The notes under the pieces were generated by a model. The model did no database searches, was not told where the DNA came from, and worked only from the letters and a program-made list of their open reading frames with translations. The position numbers and the translations under genes were made by a program. A stretch of 64,000 nucleotides of DNA from Auanema rhodensis. Its lineage: Eukaryota; Animalia; Nematoda. Shown one piece after another: positions 1 to 13,017 of the stretch. Position 1 is the first letter of the stretch, and each line of letters starts with the position of its first letter. The stretch spans positions 9,796,001 to 9,860,000 of the forward strand of contig OZ059897.1 in NCBI GenBank assembly GCA_964057225.1. Reading direction: 5' to 3'.

Positions 1-1217
1 CGGGAAAATCAGAAGAATGTAAACAGATCCGAGGTTTTCATTATCAGAAAACGCTCAATGTTCATGTCCTTTTTCTAATTTTTTTCTCTATTAGGTACAT
101 GACGCACCCGGGTTGCACCCGTAGGCCTATTACATCGTGATCTCTTCTTATGTCTTATGTCAAAGTTGGAAAATATGACCAGTTATGATTTTTTCAATCA
201 GTAAATTTGATAATATGATGATGATAAAGAACAAAGTTTTTTAATAGAACAAGGAAGATAAACAATATTTTTATAGTGTTCAACTTTTCACAATAATACC
301 TTAATTCAACACAAAAAAAGGGAAAATTTTGATCTTTATATATGAATTTGGTCAACGGTAGCATTCAATCAAGCGTGGCGATATTAAGTAGTTACACTAT
401 CAACACTAGTCTTTTGGGGGGTTGTAGTTTCTGTCATGTTGTGTTCAGTACAAACGTTGAGATTAAGCATTAACTTAATGGCTATTGAAAACTTAAAACT
501 ACATGATCTTTCACATTATCATTTAGTTTAATATGTGATGTTAAAAAAGTTTGTAATCATTGTCGGAAATAAATGTTTCTAATGTACTTTCGAAATGAAG
601 CTTCTAAAAATAGTTTTTCTGCAGATATCATTTTTGAAAGACTACTATTCTCTTTTTGATCTTATTAAGGCAGTAGAAATTAGTGGTGATTGCTTGGTCT
701 TCCGTAGAGGTCATTACATCATCATCGAGGTACCTTTTCAAGTTTATAATCGTCATTCACGTGAATAAGCACGGAAAACAAAAAAATCTTGTTCAATTTT
801 TTTCGACAGGAAACTAACAAATAATTATGAAAGTTTGTTCAGAAGATATTATATATTGAATAGTTAGAGCCGTTTAATTTTCCTTTTAGTACGCTCAGAC
901 GCTATCATTAGGAGAAAAGAAATAAGAAATCTCGATTTTTCGGAACAAGGCTACATTTTACTTAACCGTGATTACCCTCAGTTTTTTTTGATTTCTTTGA
1001 ATTCAATTCACGTGATTACATCGTGGGCCAAAATTTCCTTGCAAATCTGGTACCATTAGTGTTCGCTCTACAAAAGCCGGGCTTTCTCTAACATACTCTC
1101 TGTTCTTGCATCGTCACGGTAGACCCTTCACTACAACAATTTCAGCTCCACCCCATACAACTGCAGCCAATTCTATCAACTGTTTGATCCCAGCTGTGGC
1201 CCCTCCCAAAGAAGTGA

Positions 1218-1226
1218 GTATAAAAG
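1218..1226 (+). promoter_or_regulatory. TATA box (GTATAAAAG) of the small secreted-protein gene
   Basis: Matches the nematode TATA consensus GTATAWWAG, about 70 bp upstream of the ATG at 1293. Confidence 0.6.
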
Positions 1227-1292
1227 GAACTGAGAAATTACATTATTCAAGCAGTACTCTGTCCAATATTTCAAAATTTGTAACTATATAAT

Positions 1293-1583
1293 ATGGCTGT
1301 CATGAAGCTTTTTCTGTTATTTATTATCTTCTCTGTTGTTGCTGCCCGATGGATTCCATATAAACAACTTCAAGCATTGAGAGCAAATCTGGACGATGAC
1401 GATTATGATTCTGACAGGTAAATATTAAACATTTCTAAATTTTTATTCATCTATATTCTTTCCAGTCGAGCTGTTTCGGAAAATGTTGATCTGGACACAG
1501 TTGACCAAGCATCATATGATAGGATGCGTAACGCCCTACACTCCATACACGCCCGAGTTGGGGCTATCGGCTTCTCCAAGTAA
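1293..1583 (+). CDS. Small secreted protein, 80 aa, 2 exons, unknown family
   Basis: Exons 1293-1417 and 1466-1583 joined by a 48-nt GT-AG intron. Signal peptide MAVMKLFLLFIIFSVVAA, upstream TATA box, downstream AATAAA near 1674. Not in the ORF track. Confidence 0.75.
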
Positions 1584-2374
1584 CCAATTATGGAAAAGTA
1601 CTATGATCTCTTGAAAATTTGCCAGGGACCTCAAAAGAATCTCAAAAACTGTAGAAAATTTTATGTATATAGCAATAAATATGATTTATTTGAATTTAAC
1701 TTAGAAAGCATGCCGATAATTCAGATAAATTACAATTACAATATATTTCATACAAACTAAAAACACATACAATGCTATAGCAAAGTTATCATAATCATAT
1801 CCTACATGAATATTACAGCAGGTGTTAAGCTGGTAAAGTTTTGGTTATATTTATGCCGTCTCACACGATAAGAGTACTTGGAGATTTTATGAAACAAGGG
1901 AATAGGATTAGAAATGAAATTGAAGCTGATCAAGTAGCAATAACAGAATACATTAGCATCTAGTTGTTGTTTTTAAAAGTAGTTTTGAATCCAGCCAAAC
2001 CAAATGGTTTTGCAGAATTCTTTAAAGCAATGTCTTCCACTAGAAGTAAAGAACAATCCCCAAAAAATACAAATCAGCTATAAAGAATGATCTTATCAAG
2101 AAACAGACAAATAACTGATGCAAGCAGGCTATTTCGGCCCTTCAATTAAGAACAGAAGTCCTTAATCAAAACAATTTATTTTTTTATAAAATTGAATCCC
2201 CAGATTGGAGAACAACTGAAGAGAGACGAAGGGTGAAGTAAACAGGATTGAACGAGGCTGAGCTCTTTCATTCTGACTAAATGTTATGCTATTTATGCTA
2301 ATGCAAAAGTTAATCGTAACATGACAAGAATTAGGAATACAATTATAAGTTAAGTTCATTGCGATAACTTCCCT

Positions 2375-3564
2375 TTAAATAGAAGGGCCGCGACTGTTTA
2401 CAGCTGTTACAATTTCTCTAACAATTTCTCCCTGTTTCTCTTTATCTGAAGCTTTTTCCAATGATCGTAAATCACCAAGAACCTAAAAAATTATAAATGA
2501 ATTAAATTAATAACAATGTCTTCACCTTCTTAGTTTTTCCAAAATAAATTTCATTGATAGTGGATCTCATTTTAGTTTCAAGGTCCTAAACATTTTATTA
2601 ATATTGATATTTATCAAATGATCAACCTCAATCAATCTACCCATATTAACAAGGTGAGGATTTTGTTCATTCAATGGACAATCTACTTCTATTTGGCGGG
2701 TTAGGGATCCTCCTAGATTCATAACACCGCTTCCATTCTTTACAGTTTTAAGCCAAAGCATAAGAGTGCTGGTTAGCTTATAATGAGCTTGTCGGCTTCC
2801 CTAACACGAACAGCGCTTTTATACACTTTAACAATTTTTTACTCACTCTTTCCACAATCTCCATGACATGAATAGAATCCCAACATCCCTGAACATTCTT
2901 AGCGCCGTCTCCTTCCTGAAAATATTTTCACAATGATGAAATGGGATAATTGTAACCTTCTTAATAAGAACAACAGCAGCAAATCCATGGTCGAGATCCC
3001 AAATATACACGGAGGATACACCTCCTTCGAAATACCTTAAACATTTTGAAGTTCAAAAATAACAAATATTTTTTAAAATACATGTCGCGGTAACTGGCAA
3101 ATGCAGCATTTGCTTCAATTTCAAGTTTACGAAGTTTTTCAGTTGGGTATGCAGGATCTTCAGCAGGTGGGTCATAAGTATTAGTCCATGGTGATCTTGA
3201 ATAAAAACAATTAAAAAAATACGAATGAGATAGATTACCTGTAGCTATCACCATCTCTGTTATAATCACATTTTAAATACTCTTTGCCCGTTTCTCTATC
3301 TTTAGCCACCTTCAACGGTTGATCCACAGTGCCTTTATTAATTTCGGCTTATATTAAATACTAATCACAACACAATTTTAAAAAATTACCAAGTAAATCT
3401 TCGGTTAAATGAGGCGTAAGCTCAATTAAACTTATCAAATTTCTCTCACAGTCTTGAGGAGGAAGACGCCTCATTAAATCAAGAGCACAATCCAACTGTT
3501 GGTCACTCTAGAACCATAGACACACATTTAACTTATTTTTAATTCATTTGATGTTGCTTACCAT
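2375..3564 (-). CDS. cap-2: F-actin capping protein beta subunit
   Basis: Spliced translation starts [19 protein letters not shown] and includes [31 protein letters not shown] and [10 protein letters not shown]...[10 protein letters not shown], which are CAPZB motifs. Confidence 0.95.
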
Positions 3565-4162
3565 GATTAACGCTTCTGATCTTTAGTAAATAGAAAGGTG
3601 CTCCTAATATTAATAAAATTAAAAAATAATATAATAAAATAAAATAAATAAGATTAGAGCACAAATGAGCAACAGGCAAACACAAGCATTAGTCAACAGA
3701 GTATGGATTCGTTAAGAGGGAAATTCCTTGTGGGACCATTTACGCACAATTACAATAAGAGTCCTTTAATAGTATTTCAAACATTCAAATATCAACAATT
3801 TTTTTGAAATCCATGGAATAGACTTCAACTATTTGAATTTTCCTCATATTATTTTGAAATTGTTTCAGTTTAATTGGAGTTTGGAATCGATTGTTCAAAA
3901 TTGGAGGCAATTCCAGTAAACGTCATTCCAGACGTACTTTGGAAGAGGTAATATTTAATGTTTTTATGTTTCTTGCGTTGTTTTTTAAACATTTTTTTGT
4001 AATTTTGTGGTTTTTCAATGTATTCATGAAATTTGATGTTTCGTATGCATTCTTTTCTAAGGTTTATATATCATCCCTATACTAATTGTTCAATTGTTTT
4101 GTTACTGTTATATGATGGTTTAGAAAAGCTCGCGAGTTGCTGCAGTTAGTAGGATCAGTGAT

Positions 4163-7100
4163 ATGAAACGGGGATCTGATCGAGACGAAAACGAGAGTAT
4201 TGGAATTAACGGCTTTGAGGTGTGTGTTTCTATGTTTTAAATCAATTTGGGATATATAAGATATCCAAATTGTTAGCCTTGCTATCTATCTTTGACTATC
4301 TATCGATGTTCTTATCTATTTTTCCAAGTTTGAACGAATGGTTTGTGTTTTCGTTTCTATGACGCTCCTTATCGGCTGAAATAATATTTCTTTGAAGAAT
4401 ACATTTTTAATTTCTTAATAGGAAAATTAATTATTAGTTTTCATGCACTTTACTCTCTCAACATGATCCTGAAATGCCAGTTGCTTTTGCTCATATTGAT
4501 TTTGCAGCTTGTCTGTGAGTGTTTGCTATCATCATTTCTGTTCTTTCATCTTTTTTTTTTTATCTGTATATTTTATCTTTCAACCGCCCTTTATGAAATA
4601 TCTGATATACACCCAGTTGTTATATATTTACTTTCCTACTGAGTTTGCTCTACCCAGTTAAAACTTATATTCTGTTTAGAAACGTTCCCCTTCACCAAAA
4701 AGACGATCAGCATTAGACGACATTGAAGTGACTCGATTAGAAAAAATGGACATTGTTAATGGACTCACCCATGATGATACTCAAAAAATAGCTATTCTTG
4801 ATTTTGGTGCTCAGTATGGAAAGGTTTTATTGCTCTCTGTTATGATCATATTAATATTTAAAATTCAGGTAATTGACCGTCGCGTCCGAGAAGCCAAAGT
4901 ATGTTCTGAAATGTTCCCATTGCATATAAAGGCAAAGGAGATCTTAGCCAAAGGCAACTTCGCGTATGTTAATTTTGAAAGTTTTTTTTTGGGAATATAT
5001 TATTTATAGAGGCATTATTATATCTGGTGGGCCAAGCTCAGTTTATGCCTCTGATGCACCACAGGTTGATCCTGAAATTTTCTCCTGTGGGTTGCCAGTG
5101 TTGGGGATATGTTACGGATTTCAGGTTTATCATTTTATTCAAATGTATAATTGCTATAGATCTTCAGCTCTTAAACAAAGGTCATAACGGAAGCGTTATG
5201 GCTGAACCTATTAGAGAGGATGGTCAATGCTTGGTTGATTTGGATACATCTTCTCCTATTTTTCATAAACTTCAACCTAAAGAAGAAGTTCTTTTAACAC
5301 ACGGAGACTCAGTATCTGAATCTTCGGTTGCTCCAGGATTTAAAGTTATCGCGAGAAGTGGTTCTCATGTTGCAGGTTCGATAAGTTGACATTTCTGTGT
5401 AACATATGTTTTAGCTATCGCGAATGAAGAAAAGAAGCTTTATGGAGTTCAATTTCATCCAGAAGTTGATTTGACAACCAATGGACGTCTCATGTAGGTT
5501 ATTCAATTATAAATCATAATATTAAACAAAATTTAGTTTTGAAAACTTTCTTTATCGTGTGGCTAATTGCCGCGGCGATTTTACAATGCACAATCGCGAG
5601 GAAGTTTGTATTTCGGAGATAAGAAAGATAGTAGGAGATAAAAAAGTATTGGTAAGTACACATTAGAACTAAGCTAATTACTTTTTTTTTTCATTAAGGT
5701 TATGGTGTCTGGTGGAGTAGACTCTACTGTATGTGCAGCTTTATTGCACAAAGCAGTTGGAAATGAGAGAGTTACAGCAGTTCATATAGATAACGGGTTC
5801 ATGCGTGAAAATGAAAGTGAAGCTGTTATCTCCAGTCTGAATGCCTTGAATCTCAAGGTACACGGTAATAACAAACTGTTTATGAACTACAAAAACGAAT
5901 ATGATTCCTAGGATTCAACTGTGAAATAGATTTTATGCAAGGAACCGCAAACGGATTAAAAGAAGAGACTAAGTTGGAAAGCACTCTTGAACCTGAAACA
6001 AAACGTCAAATTGTTGGAAATACATTCATCAGAGTTAAAGACAGAGTTATGGAAAAGGTACTCAACTGTTTGTTTCTCTTACTTATTGTTCTTGTTCAGC
6101 TTAAACTTAATCAAGACGAATACTTCTTAGCACAAGGCACACTTAGGCCTGATTTGATTGAGAGTGCCAGTTCTCTAGCTAGTGGGCATGCCGATACTAT
6201 TAAAACTCATCACAATGATACCGAATTAGTTAGAAAGTTGAGAGAAGCGGTTAGTATAAGATTAAAAATTTTGAATTATTTTTTGTAATTTAGGGTAGAG
6301 TTATTGAACCTTTAAAAGATTTTCACAAGGATGAAGTCAGAGAACTTGGCGCTAGTCTCGGACTACCTGAAGAGATTGTACAAAGACAGCCCTTCCCTGG
6401 TCCTGGCCTGTCTATAAGAATTCTCTGTGCAAACGTATTTAATATTCTTGAAAGTATTTTATGGTTATGCTTGTTTTAGAAACCATATAAGTGTGCTGAT
6501 TTCGAAACTACTCATGCGCGATTGAATATTATTACTAATATTCATAAAGTTCCTACTTTACCTGAAGATCAACGTTATCGTACATCTGTAAGTAGCCTAT
6601 ATCACAAATGTACTTTATTCTTATTTAAAATTCAGATCATGAATGCTTTGTCCGGTTGGAATGTAGAAAATCTTCTCAATCAGAAGTTTGAAATTTCTGC
6701 TACTCTTCTGCCCGTTAAGAGTGTTGGTGTTCAAGGAGACAGCAGGTTTTTAGCCATCTTTTTTATAAAATAGAGTGGAACGTTTTCAAGATCTTATTCT
6801 TATGTAGCTGCTCTGTCAACTGATCAAAGACCAATTCCTTGGAATTATTTGGCTAGTTATGCCCAAATTATTCCCAAAATTATGCATAATATCAACAGGT
6901 TTTTTTTTCAAATCTGATATAATTATATTTGTATGTTTTAAAGAGTTGTGTATGTGTTTGGACCTGTTGTAAAGCATCCAATTTTTTCCGTCACTCCAAC
7001 TTATCTGAGCACTTTCTCTGTTAGAAAATTACAAAAAGCTGATAAAATTGCGACTGATATTCTCTTTGGTCATGCCATCATTGATGGCAAACCTGTAGTT

Positions 7101-7474
7101 TTGGAAGATTGTAGTAAGAAAATTCAACAGGTACTTTGAATGTAATGTATTAATTAACATTTATTTGCTTATAGATGCCAGTCGTTATGCTTCCTATCCA
7201 TTTTGATAGAGATCATATCTTAGAACCTAATTCCTATCAACACTCTTTTGTTATTAGACCATTTATCACGGCCGATTTTATGACAGGAATCGCCGCAATT
7301 CCAGGAAAACACATTCCTGAAAAGGTATCAGTTTAAGCCTATTCTGCAACATATAATGGTTCGTTTTAGTCTGTGATAATGATGGCAGAAGAAATAGCTT
7401 CGCGTGTCATGGGTACATCTAGAGTAATGATTGATCTGACCAGCAAACCTCCCGGTACTACAGAATGGGAATAG
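4163..7474 (+). CDS. gmps-1: GMP synthase (glutamine-hydrolysing)
   Basis: [69 protein letters not shown]-terminal [10 protein letters not shown]. Start inferred from the first in-frame ATG. Confidence 0.95.
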
Positions 7475-8403
7475 TTTTTTTTCTTTGGCAATCCTAATAT
7501 TTTTAAAACGCTTTATTATTTTTCTAGTAACTCACGAAATTATTAAGCGAAAACACAATTACTTTGTAAAATTAAAACTTGTGGTTTACTGAATAGGCAC
7601 TTGACTTAGCATATATTACTTGTCTCGTATACGGGGTGCATATGGTTACGGCCATAAAATGCTTTTTAAACTTCTAAAATCAGACTCGTCGCATTTTGAT
7701 TTGCCTTTCAGTTAAATTGAGAAGCCTATAGTTCTACATTCCATGTGCCTTAACTTTTGTGTACGGAAAAGTATGTGATGTTAACTTGTTGTAGACATAT
7801 TAACGTTCTAGATTTAATAATTACTGCATTTGTTCGATTTCTATTTAATAATACCTGGAACTACAACGTAGTGGATAAATTTAGAATGCTTCATGAGATT
7901 TTTTAGTTTTAATTGAGAAACTCATTTTCTGTGCATTATTTGTTTAGATCAATAAAATCATTCTATCTAAGAACTATGTATTATAAAATATTTTTTACAT
8001 GTGATTTATTGCAAAGAATGTTGTTTTTCGAAGTTGTAATACTCGACTTCACTTTACATCTGTCCAGGATATATTCAAATATTGTTTGTTAAAGTTTATG
8101 AAAAAAATAAAAGAATTATCAAGCTAGATACGAATCATAGTTTAAATGGAACTTCAAAACAAATGAATCATATGCTAATAGTATAAAGTAGTCATACAAT
8201 AGACGTCAAATCGAAAATATGAGAACAGTGTGCTAGAAACAGACTTTTTTGATTTCTAAACCATACTTCAGTAGCTGTTTATAAAAAAATAAAGGTTATT
8301 TATTATTTAAATATAGTTAGAAATTGATTGGAATTTATATATATATAAAAGAAGTTAGTTTCAGTTTTGTATAAATAAACAAATAAGGAAATATTAATGT
8401 TAT

Positions 8404-10077
8404 ATGAATATGGAAGGAAGCAGTGTTGGTAATGAAAGAATTGTATTTGTTAGAAGACCCGGTAAGCTTTGTATTTTATGTTTTTAACTTTTCGATGTTT
8501 GAGGTGAAAATTCGCCACCATCTGCTGATTGCTTCCGTTGCGAGCCTTGCCATGTTCCTCTACCAGCGGAACTGAAACCCGACCAATGTATTATCCGAAC
8601 CTTGTTTCTTTCTGTTGATCCTGCACAGGTTTGTTTTTTTTATTAACTGATCAAATGAACCTATTGTAGAGATGCAGAATGAATCCTTCTACAGGTGTTG
8701 ATTATCTTGCCCCTTATGAACCAGGAGAGCTGGTTGATGGCCTTGAAGGCGTAGGTGTAGTAGAAGTAATTTCAGTTGGTCTTAAAAAAGTAATCAGATT
8801 TGTTAAGACTGCTTCAACTGGTTGCGTCTTGTCTGAAGGCGATATTGTAACTTCATGTGCACACTTATGGCCTTGGACACGCAAGTTCATTGCCGACTCA
8901 TCGGACTTAGTTAAAGTTAGTGAGCATTTATCAAGTATTCTATTCGTTATTATTAGGTGAACTTACCTCCTGGATTTTCTCCTTCAGTCATACTATCTTG
9001 TGCTGGAATTTCAGGAATGACTGCTCTAGTTGGAATTCGTAAGAAGGTTTGTTTTATTTTCATTGTTTTTATTTTTTCTGCAATTACAATTTTAATTCAC
9101 TAATTTGTTAACCATTAATTGGTTAGGATGACAACCGTTTAATCATTATTTAATTTCTAAATGAATTTGGAAGCTCACGTGAAACACCCACGTGAATGTT
9201 AAAAATATTAATACTCAAATGATATTTTATTATTTCTTCTTAGTTCACATGATTTAGGCATTGATCGATAAAACAATGCCTCAAACAATTATAATTTCTG
9301 GTGCTGCTGGTAGTTGTGGAACACTTGCCGGTCAGGTGAGAAATTAACTAACAGTATTAGAGTTATGTTTATTGCATAGATTGCAAGACTTGAAGGATGT
9401 ACAAAAGTTATTGGAATTTGTGGATCAGAAGAAAAGTGTGATGTGCTTGTAAGTATTAATTTAACTTTATTATTATTTTTATTTTCATATAGGTAAATGA
9501 ATTGGGATTTGATTCTGCTATCAATTACCGTGCAGAAGCTATCGGCGACAAGTTAAATCAAATTGCTCCTGAAGGTGTAGACATATATTGGGACAATGTA
9601 GGAGGCTTTGTTAGCGATGCTGTGATCCAAAAAGTTAGTGAAAAACATTTTTTGTTCAGTTTTTCTCCTTTTCTTTTAAAGATGAATACTGGTGGCCGAA
9701 TTGTTCTTTGTGGGCAAATAGCCGTTTATAATACTGATTTACCCTACCCTCCTCCTATTCCCGCTGAAACTGTCCAAATTATTCATGAGCGGAACATTAT
9801 GCGGTTTGCTTATTTTCATATTTTATTTGTATTCAATTTTTTCACAGTGAGAGATTTCTTTGCTTGGCTTACAAGGAAGAAATGGACAGTGCAGTAGCCC
9901 AACTTTCTCTTTGGCTCCAAGAAGGAAAACTCAAAGTTTGACTTATATTAAGATTTTTTTCAATTATTTTTGCTTAAGGTTCGCGAAACAATATATTCTG
10001 GTTTATCAACAGCTCCCGCAGCTTTTGTTGATATGATGGCCGGAAAAAATATCGGGAAAATGATGGTTCGTGTATAG
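8404..10077 (+). CDS. Prostaglandin reductase-like (PTGR2-type) MDR NADP-dependent oxidoreductase
   Basis: LSVDPAQRCRM, ISGAAGSCG, GICGSEEK, GVDIYWDNVGG, GRIVLCGQI, C-terminal GKNIGKMMVRV. Confidence 0.9.
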
Positions 10078-10396
10078 GTTCAATCACTTATTTGTATGCT
10101 TTGTAGATTTAAATGATCGATAGATTTCTATTAATCTTACACTTACTTTCGTGTAATTAATTCTTTCTTGTATAATAGACCACAACTTGGTAGTATTTCT
10201 GTTTGACCCAGGTTTTATAGTCGCTTTTTAAGCTGATCGCCAATTGGTAATTTTAAGAAAAATTAAAAAAAACAGTAAACATTGGAGGTTTTAAAACGTA
10301 ATAAATCTTCATATCAGTTATTCTTATGGCTTATTGGTTATTTACCTAAAATATTTGAATGATTATTTTGTTTTGTAGTTATGATAAATTTATAGA

Positions 10397-10927
10397 ATGG
10401 AAGTATTAAATGACCGGGTTACTCTACTTTCTAATTATGAAGTTTTAAATATTCTTCAAGAAACAAAGAAAATGGAAGATAAGAAATCCAAAGGAAAATC
10501 CCAAGCTTTAGGCACAGTTTTATTTGAGGTTTTCTTGCTTATTTTTCTGTCAAACTTTATTCTAATTATAGACTTCGAAATACCTAAGAACTACAGCTTG
10601 TTCTAGTCAAAGTCCTGAATGTATCTCCAATTTGATCAGAGAAATGAAAAAGTTCAATGTATTATTGTAATAGTTTATAAATTAGTTTTGAGAAAATCAT
10701 TTAGCTCACAGCTGCTGAAATTATGCAAATCATTAACCTGAGACCAACTACTGCAACTGAAGTACAGTTGATTGTTGAAGAATCAGAAGAACGCTTCAAA
10801 ACTGAAGAACAATTAGAAAACATAGTGAAAGTAAGCACATATCTCTTCAATCAGAACTGAATATATAAATGATTCATTTCAGATTATTACTGAAACGCTT
10901 CCACCACCCAAAGCTGTAGCTCAATAA
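10397..10927 (+). CDS. CRCP: RNA polymerase III subunit RPC9 / CRCP (Rpb4-like)
   Basis: [57 protein letters not shown]. Confidence 0.85.
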
Positions 10928-11089
10928 AAATATTTTAATTTCAGTTGTTATTGTTGTTGTTGTTTTCTCTCTCATTATGTTTTTGTATATAAACGTGAAA
11001 AAATGTCTTTTAAGGTGTTCAAACAGTAAGAAGTTAGTTCTTAGAAGTACTTAGAAGTGTTACTTTCAATCACTGTGCAATTTTTAAGC

Positions 11090-12876
11090 ATGGCAGCTCT
11101 CGATGTTATCGGTGGTTCGCCAGGTGATTCAAGTAGTAATGACAATGCTGCTGACTCTGTAGCATCCAGGATAGAGTGAATTTTCAGTATTCATTTGTTT
11201 TTTCATTATATTTGTTGTAGGAATTCGCCATTAAATCTAGACAATGTTTCTGTATTAATCGATACTACCGGTGATGGGGATAGAAAACCCATAACACATG
11301 CTGATGTTTTGAAATGCGACGAAGATGATGATAGTCACGAAGTTCGTTTCAATTAAAAAGAGATACATAAATTTGATTCACATGTAGGATATGAAACCAC
11401 CACAGCTTACTCGGGAAGAACCTGTCACAAATTTTGAAGTTAATAATGTAATACAAGAGCCTGAACAAGTTGATGCATTAAATACAATTATGGTAAGAAA
11501 ACAATGCAATATATAAGGATAACATGCTGAACACTTAAGATTTCTGCTGAAGATTTAGAAGAAGCAGGATTAGATATGGACAATTTAAATGAATTAACTG
11601 AAGATCAATTAAATACACTTATGATTATAGCAGAGAGAAGAGTCGTAAGTTACTAACTAAACTGGTGACTTTTATTGAAATTTAAAATTGTAGCAAAGAA
11701 CAGCAGGTGTGGTAAACGATGAAGAAGTGGAAGCAGAAACAACTCCCCAACATGTAGAACCTTTCAATGGTAATATATAATTCAATGTTTAAGCTGTTTA
11801 ATGTTTCAATTTATAGCAGAAAATGTAGAATCTAATGCAGCTTTAAACAATGATGCCATCACAATGATAATCACAGATGATGGAAGTCTTAAACTAACCG
11901 ATGCTAGTAATCAAAATTTTTTTGTAAGTTTAACTAAATCAGTTTTATGTACAAGGGAAATGAAACTTTTTAGTTTTCAAACGAACAACTTGCTGAAATG
12001 AACATAGACGTAAATAATTTAACGGATGAGAGTATTCAACAAATTGTGCAAATGGCCATGCCAGTTATAAATGTGTAAGTCAAGTTATTCTGAGGATATG
12101 TTCAAAATAAAACGATTTTAAGGGATAGTAAAGGAATATCTCGTCCTAAAGCTAATGATGAAGTACTTTTTGATCATTCCATGGTAAATTTTTAGCTTTA
12201 ATTTCAATTCGTGATTTTTGCTATATTTTAGGATCTTATGCAACCTAGTTCATCTTCTGGAATTAAGCAGGAAGTTTTACGAGCATCACAGTTAATAGGA
12301 GAGCAGGTAGAAATTCGAAAAGAAGGCAGGCCTGTAATAGCCACAATAAGATATGTAAGGAATGGTGGTAGCTATAAGGTTTGAACAATGTCATTTTACT
12401 GTTTACAGAAATACATTTTAGGTTCAATTCGAAGATGGACACTTTGAATGGATAACAGACGAACAAATCACATTACGAGGGACACGGCGAAGTGATCATG
12501 AAAGGCGTGTTCTACTGTTCTTCTCTAGCTCACTCCTTTTTTTCAGTTATCACAACGAAACAACGATACCTGCTCCTCGTGTAATACATTCATCATCATT
12601 ACCTAGTTGTTTAAAACGTTCCGCTTTACCGGAAGGATCCCCTTCAGGTGCGAAGCGGCAACATCTAGAACCGAACTTTTGTTGCCCTATATGTGAAAAT
12701 AAGGTGAGATATAACAAATATTTTGAAGTATCTTTTTTTATCAGGTTCATCAAAAAGAACCCGCTTATATTGTAATTCGAATCCCAGCTTGTGATGCTTG
12801 CACTAGGGAAAAAATTATTGTCCTGGATGATCAAGATGATAGGGGTCGAGGTGGTGGAAGTGGAGTCATGCAATAG
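11090..12876 (+). CDS. Uncharacterised protein: acidic N-terminus, internal repeat, Tudor-like domain and C-terminal CxxC...CxxC module
   Basis: Consistent multi-exon ORF. LIGEQVEIRKEGRPVIATIRYVRNGGSYKVQFEDGHFEWITDEQI is Tudor-like; NFCCPICENKVHQKEPAYIVIRIPACDAC is a putative zinc site. Confidence 0.7.
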
Positions 12877-13017
12877 CATTTATTTCTAAGCCCGAAGCTT
12901 GTTGTATATATATATTCTCCTGATCCCAATGCCAATAAATGCATAAACCTATCATTTCTATTCTTTATTCGTCAAATTTACAAGTTTTAAATAAATACAG
13001 AATGGTTAACACGTACT

